This document shows positions 10,203 through 19,573 of a DNA stretch of 64,000 nt, piece after piece. The stretch is from Terriglobia bacterium (GTDB lineage Bacteria > Acidobacteriota > Terriglobia > 20CM-2-55-15): assembly GCA_965198225.1 (NCBI GenBank), contig CBDAOY010000008.1, forward strand, positions 1,184,001 to 1,248,000, given 5' to 3'. Position 1 is the first letter of the stretch. Each line of letters starts with the position of its first letter. Both the position numbers and the translations under genes were made by a program. Under the pieces are notes generated by a model. The model saw only the letters and a list, made by a program, of their open reading frames with translations, was not told where the DNA came from and searched no databases.

Positions 10203-11173
10203 TGGCGAACGAAGAACATCTTGAGATCCTGAACAGCGGTGTGGAGACCTGGAATCGGTGGAGGGATGAAAACCCGGACACCGTGCCGGACCTGAGCCAC
10301 GCCAACCTGGTCGGACGAGCGCTGATGGGCATCAACCTCCGGCGGACCGAGCTCGGCCGGGTCAATCTCCGCCTCACGAACATGTCGGGCGCGGACCTGT
10401 CCCATGCCAGTATGGTGAAAGCCGATCTTTCCCGGACGGACCTCACCCACGCGGACCTCTGTCACGCCAACCTGTCGATGGCCGACCTGTCCCGGGCCGA
10501 CCTGACCGAAGCCCGGATCGGGATGACGACCTTCGGCTCGACTGCGCTGGGTTATGTCGCAGGGCTGGAGACGGTCGATCACGTCGCACCATCCGTAATC
10601 GGCGTGGACACCATTTACTTTTCGCAGGGACAGATCCCGGACGTGTTCCTGCGGCGAGCCGGCGTCCCGGAGAACTTTATCACCTACATTCGCACAACCG
10701 TGACCAGCAGCATTCCCTACGACAGCTGCTTCATCAGCCACGGTCCGGAAGACCGCGAATTCTCCCATCGACTCTACGATGACCTCCAGGAAGAGAACGT
10801 CCGCTGCTGGATGAGTGAAGGTGGCGACGGCGCTTCCGGCGATCCGGTCGACATCTCGAATCGTGTGCAGGACAGACTCGTACTCGTTCTGTCGCGGGAG
10901 TCGATCGACACCGACTGGATTCGGGACGAAGTTGGCGCGGCGTTGCGACGGGAGCAGGAAGAACGGGAAAAGCGGAAGGCCGACTCTCTGATACTCCTGC
11001 CGGTTGCGCTCGACCCGGCCCTTGGAGACTCGGAACTTCCATGGGTCGCAAAGATGCGACGTGATGACAGGGTGGTCGACTTCAGAGGCTGGCAGATCGA
11101 CTCCGACTACAAGCGGGCGTTCCTGGAGTTGCTGGGTCACCTCCGCAGGGACACGGCGCCGCCGAACCCTTGA
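10202..11173 (+). CDS. Pentapeptide-repeat + TIR-domain protein
   Basis: N-terminal WNRWR followed by A[D/N]Lxx pentapeptide repeats; C-terminal TIR_2 motifs SCFISH, LYDDLQ..VRCW, LVLVLS..S...WIRDEV. Start overlaps the upstream stop. Confidence 0.85.
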   Translation: MANEEHLEILNSGVETWNRWRDENPDTVPDLSHANLVGRALMGINLRRTELGRVNLRLTNMSGADLSHASMVKADLSRTDLTHADLCHANLSMADLSRADLTEARIGMTTFGSTALGYVAGLETVDHVAPSVIGVDTIYFSQGQIPDVFLRRAGVPENFITYIRTTVTSSIPYDSCFISHGPEDREFSHRLYDDLQEENVRCWMSEGGDGASGDPVDISNRVQDRLVLVLSRESIDTDWIRDEVGAALRREQEEREKRKADSLILLPVALDPALGDSELPWVAKMRRDDRVVDFRGWQIDSDYKRAFLELLGHLRRDTAPPNP

Positions 11174-11210
11174 CAGTCCAGGACACAAACCGCGGAGGAA
11201 CAGACGAAGG

Positions 11211-12666
11211 ATGGCTATGCACAGACGCGACTTTCTGGTTTCGACACCGGCCCTCGTCGCATCCCTTGGTGTGGGGTGGCAGGATCCTGTGGTCGATCTC
11301 GTGGTTCGGGGTGGTCGGGTAGTCACCCCTGAGGCGGTGGTCGGCACCGATGTCGCGATAAGCGGCGGACGGATCGTCGCACTCGGTGCCACCGAGACCA
11401 TGCCGAGGGCACGGACCACCGTCGATGCCACCGGAAAGTATGTCTTACCCGGACTCGTTGATTCCCATGTTCATTTCAACACCCCGTTCCGCGGCACCTC
11501 TACGAAGGAAGACTTCTACACAGGATCGATTGCCGGGGCTTACGGAGGCGTAACCACCTACATCGATTTCGCGGTGCAGCCCAAAGGACGCGATCTGCTT
11601 TCGGTCGTGGAGGAACGCCGTGGGGAAGCCGACCCCGACACCGTCGTCGACTACTCGCTGCACATGTTGATGACCGACGCAAGCACAGCCGCCCTGGACC
11701 AGCTGCCCGAAGTCATCCGTTCCGGCATGCCTTCGGTCAAGGTGTTCATGGCGTTCGGGCGCGAAGGATTCATGATCGACGATGGCGCGCTCGTCCAGGT
11801 AATGCGACAGGTCGAAGCCAACAACGGAATCATCGCCGTTCACACGGAAAACAATGCCATCGCCGAACGCCTCGGCGATGCCTATGAGCAAAGCGGTCGT
11901 ACCGCGGCGAGGTATTTTCCGGAAACAAGGCCGCGCTACATCGAAGCCGAAGCCATCCGACGGGCATTGCTGTTCGCTGGAATCACCGGTGTCCGTTACT
12001 ACGGCTTCCATCTGACGATCGCGGAGGGCGTCGAGGAATTTCGCCGGGCCCGTGCCGAGGGCCGTCGGGTCACGACCGAGACCTGCACCCACTACCTGGT
12101 GTTGACCAACGACTGGTGTTTACCGCGGACCTGATGGCGCCAACTTCGTTTGCAGCCCACCCATACGGACTCAAGGAGACGTCGACGCGCTGTGGGAAGG
12201 CATTCGCGACGGCGCCGTGTCGGTCGTGACGTCCGATCATACGGCGTGGGACCTGGAGCAGAAGCGAGCCGGAGGGGGCTCCTATGTCGGCATTCCCCAC
12301 GGGCTGCCGAGCATCGAACTGCGCCTGCCGGTTCTCTATACCGAAGGCGTCGTGACGGGCCGCATCTCGATGCCCCGGCTGGTCGATGTTCTGAGCACGT
12401 CGCTCGCGCGGATCTGGGGACTTTACCCCCGCAAAGGCTCGCTGGCGCCCGGTTCCGACGCCGACATCGTGATCTTCGATCCCGAAGCGCAGTGGACAGT
12501 CGACCCGGAAGATCTGCATATGCAGGTCGACTGGTCGCCATACACAGGCAAGCGCTTGCGGGGTCGGATCGACACGGTGGTCTCATCCGGCCGGGTGATC
12601 GTTGCGGACGGGCGATTCACGGGCGTCCGCGGAGCAGGCCGCTTCATCGAACGGGCCCTGTCCTGA
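11211..12666 (+). CDS. hydA: Dihydropyrimidinase/D-hydantoinase with a Tat-like signal; frameshifted near 12111-12120
   Basis: DSHVHF, KVFMA, VHTEN, FHL and ETCTHYL in one frame; YRGPDGANFVCSPPIR...TSDH...PRKGSLAPGSDADIVIFDP continues in another. N-terminus MAMHRRDFL. Confidence 0.85.
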
Positions 12667-12754
12667 GTAACTTACATCGCAATCACTACCCCTCCATCAC
12701 CCAAATCCGCCTATTTCATTCAGTTTCCCTCATCTGTTACGATTCCATTGACTT

Positions 12755-14947
12755 ATGCGCTCTCTCGCCTCCGTTCTGGGAAGCCTGGTGTTCCTCGCTG
12801 CAGCTGCTTTCGGCCAGTCGAGCGATGGGCCTGTCGACTACGAAACCGCCCGCTTCAGCCGGATCGTCACGGCGGTCGCCATCGAGCAAGCAATCACGCT
12901 CGACGGGCGCCTGGATGAAGAAGCCTGGCAAAGCGCCGAGCCCGCCACGGACTTCACTCAGGGGGGGCCGAGCCCGCGCCCCGGTTATCCGGCTTCCCAG
13001 CCGACGGAGGTGCGCTTTCTCTACGATGGCGAAAACATCTACATCGGGGCGATCTGTTACGAAAAGGACGTCGCCAACATGATCGTGAACGGGCTGAAGC
13101 GTGACTTTCAGAGCAATCAGGGAGACGAGCTCGGAGTGGTCTTCGATTCTCTCAACGACGATCGTTCCGGTTTCTTCTTCTCGACGAACCCGGCCGGAGC
13201 GCGGCGGGACCTGCAGATCGCCAACGACAGCACGATCAATCAGCAGTGGGATGGCGTCTGGGATGTTCGGGTGAGCGTGGGAGAGGATCGATGGGTGGCC
13301 GAGTTCAGGGTCCCGTTCAAGACCCTCCGTTTCTCCAGCTCCGAGTCGCAGGAGTGGGGCCTGAACATGTACCGCAAGATCAAGCGGGCGAACGAGGAAA
13401 GCCATTGGGCACCACTTCCCCGACGGTATCGCATGACCCGGGTATCGCTGGCCGGAACGCTGACCGGGTTGGAAGGCGTCAGCCAGGGCCGCAACCTCAA
13501 GGTGAAGCCGTACGGTAAGGCTGGAGTCACCCAGGTTCGGTCCAGTTCGGGCCTCGACGCCGATTCGGAGTTTGACGGTGGCTTCGACGCGAAGTACGGC
13601 CTGACCCAATCCCTGACGCTGGACGTCACCTACAGGACCGATTTCTCCGAGGTTGAGGTCGACCAGGACCAGGTGAACCTGACACGCTTCAATCTTTTCT
13701 TTCCGGAAAAGCGCGAGTTCTTCCTCGAGAACTCCGGCCTCTTCGCCTTCGGAAGCCGACGTGCGTCCACATTCGGACGAGGCGGTGGAGCGAACCTGAT
13801 CCCGTTCTTCAGCCGGACGATCGGCCTCAGCCCTTCAGGCACCCCGATACCCGTGATCGGAGGGGCGCGCGTATCCGGAACCGTCGCCGGAAGCTACGAA
13901 GTGGGCTTTTTGACGATGAAAACCGAAAGCGCCGGGGATGTGCCTTCGAACAACTTCCTCGTCGGACGCGTGAAGAAGAACCTCCTGAACAACTCCTTCA
14001 TCGGCGCGATCTTCACGAATCGAGATTCGTCGGTCGCGGTTGACTACAACCGGGTTTACGGAGCGGATGCCGTCTTCCAATTCTACAACCGGCTGGACAT
14101 ATCCGGATACATCCTCCAGAGCGACACGCCGGGACGCGAGGGGCCCGCTCAGGCACGGAAGCTCGCCGTTGGATGGAGAGACAACGACCTGTCGTTCGGT
14201 GCCGACTACGAGAAGGTCGAAGACGACTTCAACCCCGAGATGGGGTTCATCCGTCGCGATGACAATTCACACTATTCAGGTGACTTCTCCTACCTGCCAC
14301 GCCTCTTCGGAAGCGATCTCATCCGGAACCTCACATTCCGGACGAACTTCGACTACTGGGAAGGCCTGACTGGGGAGATCGAGACCCGCGAGCACAGCGC
14401 GACCTTCGGAGTCTCCTTCGAGAACAGCGCCATGCTCAATTTCACGACGGGAGAAACATTCGAACGTCTCGATGAAGAGTTCCGGCGGTACTCCATCCCG
14501 GTGGGAGACTACAAGTTCCGGAATTACTCGGTTTCATACAACTCCGACAGGAGCCGCGTCATCGGCGGACGCGTCAACTACAACTGGGGCGATTTCTGGA
14601 CCGGCACGCGCCGTTCGATCGGCGGGGATATTACGCTCAAGCCGAACTACCACTGGCAGATCGACACGAGCTTCAGCCGGAACGACATCGAGGTGCCGGC
14701 CGGTACTTTCGTCACCACCCTGGTCGGATTCAAGGTCCTCTACGCCTTCTCCAGCCGTGCTTTCCTGAACACGTTCCTCCAGTACAACGCCGAGCGAAAT
14801 CAGTTCAGCTCGAACATCCGCTTCAACATAATCCACCACCCGCTCAGCGACGTCTACCTCGTCTTCAACGAGCGGCGCGACACTGTCACGGGGGAAGTCC
14901 TGGACCGCGGCGTCGCCTTCAAGTTCACGAACCTGTTCAATTTTTAG
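12755..14947 (+). CDS. CBM9-like/DUF5916 outer-membrane beta-barrel protein
   Basis: Signal peptide; ITLDGRLDEEAW, WVAEFRVPFKTLRF, TDFSEVEVDQDQVNLTRFNLFFPEKREFFLEN; amphipathic C-terminal strands ending in F. Confidence 0.85.
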   Translation: MRSLASVLGSLVFLAAAAFGQSSDGPVDYETARFSRIVTAVAIEQAITLDGRLDEEAWQSAEPATDFTQGGPSPRPGYPASQPTEVRFLYDGENIYIGAICYEKDVANMIVNGLKRDFQSNQGDELGVVFDSLNDDRSGFFFSTNPAGARRDLQIANDSTINQQWDGVWDVRVSVGEDRWVAEFRVPFKTLRFSSSESQEWGLNMYRKIKRANEESHWAPLPRRYRMTRVSLAGTLTGLEGVSQGRNLKVKPYGKAGVTQVRSSSGLDADSEFDGGFDAKYGLTQSLTLDVTYRTDFSEVEVDQDQVNLTRFNLFFPEKREFFLENSGLFAFGSRRASTFGRGGGANLIPFFSRTIGLSPSGTPIPVIGGARVSGTVAGSYEVGFLTMKTESAGDVPSNNFLVGRVKKNLLNNSFIGAIFTNRDSSVAVDYNRVYGADAVFQFYNRLDISGYILQSDTPGREGPAQARKLAVGWRDNDLSFGADYEKVEDDFNPEMGFIRRDDNSHYSGDFSYLPRLFGSDLIRNLTFRTNFDYWEGLTGEIETREHSATFGVSFENSAMLNFTTGETFERLDEEFRRYSIPVGDYKFRNYSVSYNSDRSRVIGGRVNYNWGDFWTGTRRSIGGDITLKPNYHWQIDTSFSRNDIEVPAGTFVTTLVGFKVLYAFSSRAFLNTFLQYNAERNQFSSNIRFNIIHHPLSDVYLVFNERRDTVTGEVLDRGVAFKFTNLFNF

Positions 14948-14952
14948 TGGAT

Positions 14953-15105
14953 CGTAGGTCGTAGGCCGTAGGCCGTTGGGCCGGCACTGCCGGCCCTTGT
15001 GCACGATAATTGAATTCGCAGCCTAGTGGTCAACGGTCAGTTACCGCCAAGCGACCATCCCTGAGTCAGCCAACGGACAACGGCCTACGGATAACGGCCT
15101 ACGAC
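14953..15105. repeat. Inverted pair of CGTAGGC heptamer arrays between convergent genes
   Basis: cgtaggtcgtaggccgtaggccgttg (14953-14978, + strand) and caacggacaacggcctacggataacggcctacgac (15071-15105, motif on - strand), each just after a stop codon. Confidence 0.8.
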
Positions 15106-16431
15106 TTACTGCGTCTGCTCGTGGAACTTGATTCCGATATTGGCCAGCTCATCCAGGATGGGATTGTAGATATCGGGTTCGACGGGGATCAGGACGCCGG
15201 CCCGATCCAGTTTGCCTTCGAGGACCATACGAACGGCGATAGCGGTCGGAAGGGCAACGGTCCGCGCGATCGAGGTATCGCCCCCCGGAATGCCGTAGTC
15301 GAGCAACGTCGCGGTCGTCCGTTCGGTGCGTCCGCCGGAAAACTCGGAGAGGAATTCATGATGCATGACGACCATGTCCCGATCGCCGGGCTGGAGTTCC
15401 AGGCGCTCGAGCGACAGAACATTCAGGAAACTCAACGGGTCGCTCTCGCCGGTCGGCAGGGTTCCCTCGCCTAATAGGCCCAGCCATTCCAGCCTCTTGA
15501 CCGCGGCCGAATACGGCGGAAAGCCGAGAAACGCGGCGACCGATTCCGCCAAATCGGTTCCAGGTTCCGCTCCGATCAGATGACGGGTCAACTCACCGTA
15601 CGTCTTTCCCGAAAAGCCGGAGGTGGGTTCCTCCGACAGCCAGCCCATCTTGGCGATGCCGCGCAGCGTCTCGCACCAGCCGACCATCCGGTATGTTCCC
15701 CGGTAGACCGTTTCAGCGCCCCTCAGCCCATAAACGTCCCTGTAGGGAATGGAGTCGCGGTTGGGGTAGTTCTCGAGTGTCCCGGCGCCGGGCACATCCT
15801 CCAGGACATAGTTCTCGAACAGGCTCTCGCCCGGAATCGACACTTCGTGTCCGCCCTCAAACCAGCGGGCCGGATGACGCGATGCGAGCAGGACGCCCTT
15901 CGGCGACCACGAAAACTTGTAGCCGAAAGGATTGTTGTTGGAATCGTGGGCGGGCAACGCTCCGGTCGTCGAGCGAAACGAACGGATTCTGCCTCCGCGT
16001 GCCTCCACGTCATGAATGACGCGCATGGCCGACATGTGGTCCAGGCCGGGATCCAGCCCGGACTCATTCAGTATCAGCAGACCCTTGCGGGTGGCCTCCC
16101 CATCGAGCGCGCGCATTTCATCCGACACGTAGGAGGTGGTCACCATGTTCTTGTCGAACTTCAGACAGGCTCGCGCGACATCAGGATGGAACGCGTACGG
16201 TAAGAGACTGACGGCCAGATCGGTTTCTCGGACCAGTTCCTCGAAGCGTTCCCCGATGCCGTCGCCACTCATGTCCAGTTCCAGCGCGGTACCATTCGGA
16301 TGGCCTTCGATCATGGTCTCCGCTTTCCCGACGGTGCGACTCGCCTGGGTGACGGCGACGCCGGCATCCAGAAGGTACCGGACGAGGGGGCGGGCAATCA
16401 GTCCCGCACCGAGTATGAGAACTTTCTTCAT
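15106..16431 (-). CDS. Saccharopine dehydrogenase (glutamate-forming, SDH/Lys9-like)
   Basis: GAGLIA Rossmann motif, VSLLPY, TTSYVS, NESGLDPGLDHMSA, NPFGYKFSWSP, YPNRDS, RGTYR. Confidence 0.93.
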   Translation of the reverse strand: MKKVLILGAGLIARPLVRYLLDAGVAVTQASRTVGKAETMIEGHPNGTALELDMSGDGIGERFEELVRETDLAVSLLPYAFHPDVARACLKFDKNMVTTSYVSDEMRALDGEATRKGLLILNESGLDPGLDHMSAMRVIHDVEARGGRIRSFRSTTGALPAHDSNNNPFGYKFSWSPKGVLLASRHPARWFEGGHEVSIPGESLFENYVLEDVPGAGTLENYPNRDSIPYRDVYGLRGAETVYRGTYRMVGWCETLRGIAKMGWLSEEPTSGFSGKTYGELTRHLIGAEPGTDLAESVAAFLGFPPYSAAVKRLEWLGLLGEGTLPTGESDPLSFLNVLSLERLELQPGDRDMVVMHHEFLSEFSGGRTERTTATLLDYGIPGGDTSIARTVALPTAIAVRMVLEGKLDRAGVLIPVEPDIYNPILDELANIGIKFHEQTQ

Positions 16432-16446
16432 CGCAGGTTCTCCGGC

Positions 16447-17766
16447 TCAATCGACGGTGTTCGACACAAGCTCCGACATGTACCGATAGTCGTGTGTAAA
16501 CTCCCCTCGATGTACGATTACGGCCTTCCGGACCGCGGCAGGTAACACTAGACGATCGAATGAAGCACCGAAGTCCGTGGCCGCGGTCCGCACTAGGAAC
16601 GGTGCCAGCATGTCTCCGAAGCTACTCGACGCCTCCCTCGGAACTTCCGAAGGCAGGGTCTCGACGGCCATCACGACCGGTCCCTCGCCTTCCCAGCCGT
16701 TCACGGTCCGATCCTCCGACGGGAGGTACGTGTAGGTCGGCTCTCCGGGCTCGGTTGCCCTTACCGTGCACTCGATCGACCCGTCGATGTCGCAGGTGAT
16801 GTCTCCAAACACACGCAACTTCGGCCTCTCCGGAGCCGACCAGGCTCCGCGCAACCACTCCTTGGTCACCAGCCTCGGGTAGCGCGGGTCCCAATAGATG
16901 CAATTGACGAGCGAGGTCAGATGGGGGAGGTATTGTTCGAAGACGCAACGGTATCGTTCGGGATGCTCGTAGTATTCGTGAAGGTCGAACTCCCCGCCGT
17001 CCACTCTCGGGACCACCATGTCGCTCTCTTTGAAGACGACCTTGTAGATCTTCCGGGAGGAAAATTCGCCGCCTGTCACAAACGCGGCGAGTCGTTCGGG
17101 AGCGACTTCTTCGTGTGGTAGCAAGTCAAAGAATGCCTGGGCACCCTCGCAAACGTTCCCATACCCGGCAAACCCGACCACGAACGGAGCAAGCGAATCG
17201 GGCAGCTCCCCGTCGGCGATCCGGTTGCCGACTTCGCCGAACAAAACCCGGGCTTGTTCCAGACTCTCCAGCTCCAGGGGCCGCTCCAGAGCAGAGAGCG
17301 GTGTCGGCGTACCTTCCCATTCGAAGCGTCGACCGAGCGCATAGAGGGTCTCGATGATGCCTGCCGATCCGGCGTGGTTGCCGAAGAAGACAAGCCGGCG
17401 GCCCTCCTCGTCCGTTATCCGCTCGTAGTCGATCAGTGTCGCCCTGCAGTCCAGTATCCTGCGAAGCATCGGCATGTTGTGGGGCTGCCCCTTACAGACG
17501 TGGGCAAAAAACATGTAGACCCCGCCATCGCGAAAAAAGCTTTCTGGAATCTCTTTGACGGCCACAACGAGGTCACAGTGATCGAGGTCTTCGACGACTT
17601 CGGCCCCCGCCGCGGCGTACTCCCGGTCGGAAAACACACGGATGTGGGAGGGCTGGATCGAAACCTCCAATCCGGCTTCGAGCAGTCCCGCGACGTGCTC
17701 GGGTGTCAGCGGGACGCGGCGCTCCCACCGGTTCTTGTCTTCCCTGCGGATTCCGATTCTCGTCAT
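16447..17766 (-). CDS. Lysine-ketoglutarate reductase (LKR; AlaDh/PNT fold)
   Basis: IRREDKNRWERRVPLTP, VKEIP, FFAH..KGQ..NM, IDYE, NCIYWDPRYPRL, DITCD..GSIE, LPSEVPREAS match the LKR domain of bifunctional AASS. Confidence 0.92.
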   Translation of the reverse strand: MTRIGIRREDKNRWERRVPLTPEHVAGLLEAGLEVSIQPSHIRVFSDREYAAAGAEVVEDLDHCDLVVAVKEIPESFFRDGGVYMFFAHVCKGQPHNMPMLRRILDCRATLIDYERITDEEGRRLVFFGNHAGSAGIIETLYALGRRFEWEGTPTPLSALERPLELESLEQARVLFGEVGNRIADGELPDSLAPFVVGFAGYGNVCEGAQAFFDLLPHEEVAPERLAAFVTGGEFSSRKIYKVVFKESDMVVPRVDGGEFDLHEYYEHPERYRCVFEQYLPHLTSLVNCIYWDPRYPRLVTKEWLRGAWSAPERPKLRVFGDITCDIDGSIECTVRATEPGEPTYTYLPSEDRTVNGWEGEGPVVMAVETLPSEVPREASSSFGDMLAPFLVRTAATDFGASFDRLVLPAAVRKAVIVHRGEFTHDYRYMSELVSNTVD

Positions 17767-17973
17767 GACTCAGGATCGAAGACGTCACTCTAACACTACC
17801 CCGGTGCCTGTTGAGGTCCGGGCGGCGTTCAGAAAGCTCTGTTGTGGGGAGTCAAAAAGGAGCCGGAAACGAGCGTCGCCGGTTTCCGGACTGATCGAGT
17901 GGCCGTCTCAGAGCCGTGTCCACTCCGGTCGATGCTTCCGAAAAGGCGGGTTCATCGGAGGCAGGGGTTCAGG

Positions 17974-18240
17974 AACAGCGCTTGGAAGAAGTCTGATCGC
18001 TCGCATTGCGGCGTTCGGCCAGATGCCCGGCCCGCAATCGGCCAGTCCGCGGGTCCGGAGAAGGAACGCCGTAAAACCCCCGGAGTGTGACGCCGCGCTA
18101 CGCTCCGGGCGCACGGGGGGTGCGGTCAGATACGTCGTCCCTCGTCGTCATGACGAAACAGCATCGGCTCGTCCTCGCGCCTCGCTTCCGCCTCGCAAGA
18201 ACCGTCCGCGCGAACCATCACGCCCCTGCCACGGGCTGCT
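17974..18240. mobile_element. MITE-like element, family A, copy 2 (inverted, diverged)
   Basis: The reverse complement is colinear with 302-573 (AGCAGCCCGTGGCAG..TGATGGTTCGCGCG..GAGGCGCGAGGA..CATGACGACGAG..CCCGTGCGCCCGGAG..GGCGTCACAC..ACCCGCGGA..ATCAGACTTCT). The TIRs are degenerate. Confidence 0.8.
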
Positions 18241-18334
18241 CAGCGGCTCTTCGCGCTTGTGCAATGATGAGACGACGATCGACAGCGCCGCACCAAGTAG
18301 CCCGACGTTCCGGAAGGTCACGGAATCGATCCCG

Positions 18335-18800
18335 ATGAACACCACGATCAGACCCATTTCCTCGAATTCGCTGTGGAGGCGAGCCATTCGGGAACGAACT
18401 TGTAGTATCCCCAACGAGTCGCAGGACGGCTGGAATGCTGCCCGTAGATGCAACGTCTACCCTTCAGGCTCAGTGTTGTTCGTTCAGGAGCAGACACAAT
18501 GCGACATCTGCGTAATCTGTGTTGGACGGGTGAAGCTGTAATCGAACACGCCGGACGGTAAGACCATCATCCACCGGGTCTGCGAAGCAGGGGAGGTTCT
18601 CGGATTGAGCGCGGCGCTGGAGGGGGCGGGCTACGAGGCGACGGCCGAGACACTGGAACCTTGTGTGATCAGCTTCATCAGCACCGACAACTTTCGCGGA
18701 CTGATGGAGTCCGATCCGGAGATCGCATACCGGGTCGCCCGGCACCTCAGCTTCGAGGTCCGGAACGCGTGGGAGCAGGTACAGACCTATCGGAGATTCC
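18335..18800 (+). pseudogene. Crp/Fnr-family regulator remnant (cNMP-binding domain, in-frame stop, no HTH)
   Basis: YPSGSVLFVQEQ..ICVGRVKL*SNTPDGKTII..AGEVLGLSAAL..YEATAETLEPC..F..LM..PEIAYRV, with in-frame TAA at 18539-18541. Homology ends at the heptamer repeats near 18800. End coordinate approximate. Confidence 0.75.
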
Positions 18801-18817
18801 GCACTCGAGATTTGGTC

Positions 18818-18892
18818 ATTCGAGATTCGAGATTGAGAATTGCCGGAACCGCCCAATGTGAAATCTCAATTCTTCAATCTCCAATTTTCAAT
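18818..18892. repeat. Inverted heptamer-like repeats (GAGATTC / AATCTC-like)
   Basis: attcgagattcgagattgagaattg followed by aaatctcaattcttcaatctccaattttcaat; overlaps the 3' end of the minus-strand gene. Confidence 0.55.
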
Positions 18893-19567
18893 AACCAAGG
18901 GGTCTTCTGGCCCCGCCCTGTCTCCCCCTCGGTCGGATCCGCGAACCTCAAGAGTGTCGTCCCCGTAGAAGGAACGAACGCCCGTCCATGGATACTCCAT
19001 CGGCAGGAGGAAGATGCGATAACCGACTTCGGATATGTCCGTGTCGAGCCTGTAGCCCGCTGGCCCTTCCAGTCCCAGGTCGGTCGGCAGGTACCCGTCC
19101 TGTTCCAGCCTCGCAATCGGCAGGAAGGAACCCGTGCGCACTCTCGCCGCCACCTGCGCGGTCTGCACGAGTCGAATGACATCAATCGCGCCCAGTTCGT
19201 TTCCGTCCCGCAGACGCCCAGCGTAGTCCTCCACCGACGACTCGATCCCCTGGGATCGAACGACTCCCTGCCACGACCACTCACCCTTGAGTCCTTCGAA
19301 CCGGAGGTCCAGAAGCTCGTCCTGGAGTCGAACCGACGCGATCTGCGACCCGTCGGTCCGCGCTCGAGTGCCGAACAGGGTCAGATCGATCGATTCCAGT
19401 CGCAGCTCCTCGGCCAATCTCTCCCCGACGATCTCACGAACCTCATCCGCCGGGATTGACCCTCGAGGGCGCGACCACCAGGTGCCCAGGATCAGGAGCA
19501 CGGCCACGGCGGCGAAGAACGGCCACTCTTTGATCCAACGTGACAGGTTGGAGCTTCTCCCAAACAT
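18866..19567 (-). CDS. Membrane-anchored hypothetical protein with a pilin-like C-terminal domain
   Basis: One N-terminal TM. The C-terminal half NELGAIDVIRLVQTAQ...GYR...P..Y..TGVRSFY.D...VRG resembles pilin/pseudopilin head domains. No prepilin cleavage motif. Confidence 0.5.
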   Translation of the reverse strand: MFGRSSNLSRWIKEWPFFAAVAVLLILGTWWSRPRGSIPADEVREIVGERLAEELRLESIDLTLFGTRARTDGSQIASVRLQDELLDLRFEGLKGEWSWQGVVRSQGIESSVEDYAGRLRDGNELGAIDVIRLVQTAQVAARVRTGSFLPIARLEQDGYLPTDLGLEGPAGYRLDTDISEVGYRIFLLPMEYPWTGVRSFYGDDTLEVRGSDRGGDRAGPEDPLVIENWRLKN

Positions 19568-19573
19568 GAGGGG

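Noticed and set aside
10202-11173. Complete Thoeris, CBASS or Pycsar defence operon formed with the nearby cyclase
   Set aside because: No ThsA, CD-NTase or cNMP-binding effector is adjacent, and the cyclase and TIR genes are brought together only across an IS junction lacking a TSD.
17642-19459. ORFs 17642-18541 and 18605-19459 as real genes
   Set aside because: They are composites of MITE sequence, the Crp pseudogene halves and antisense of neighbouring genes.
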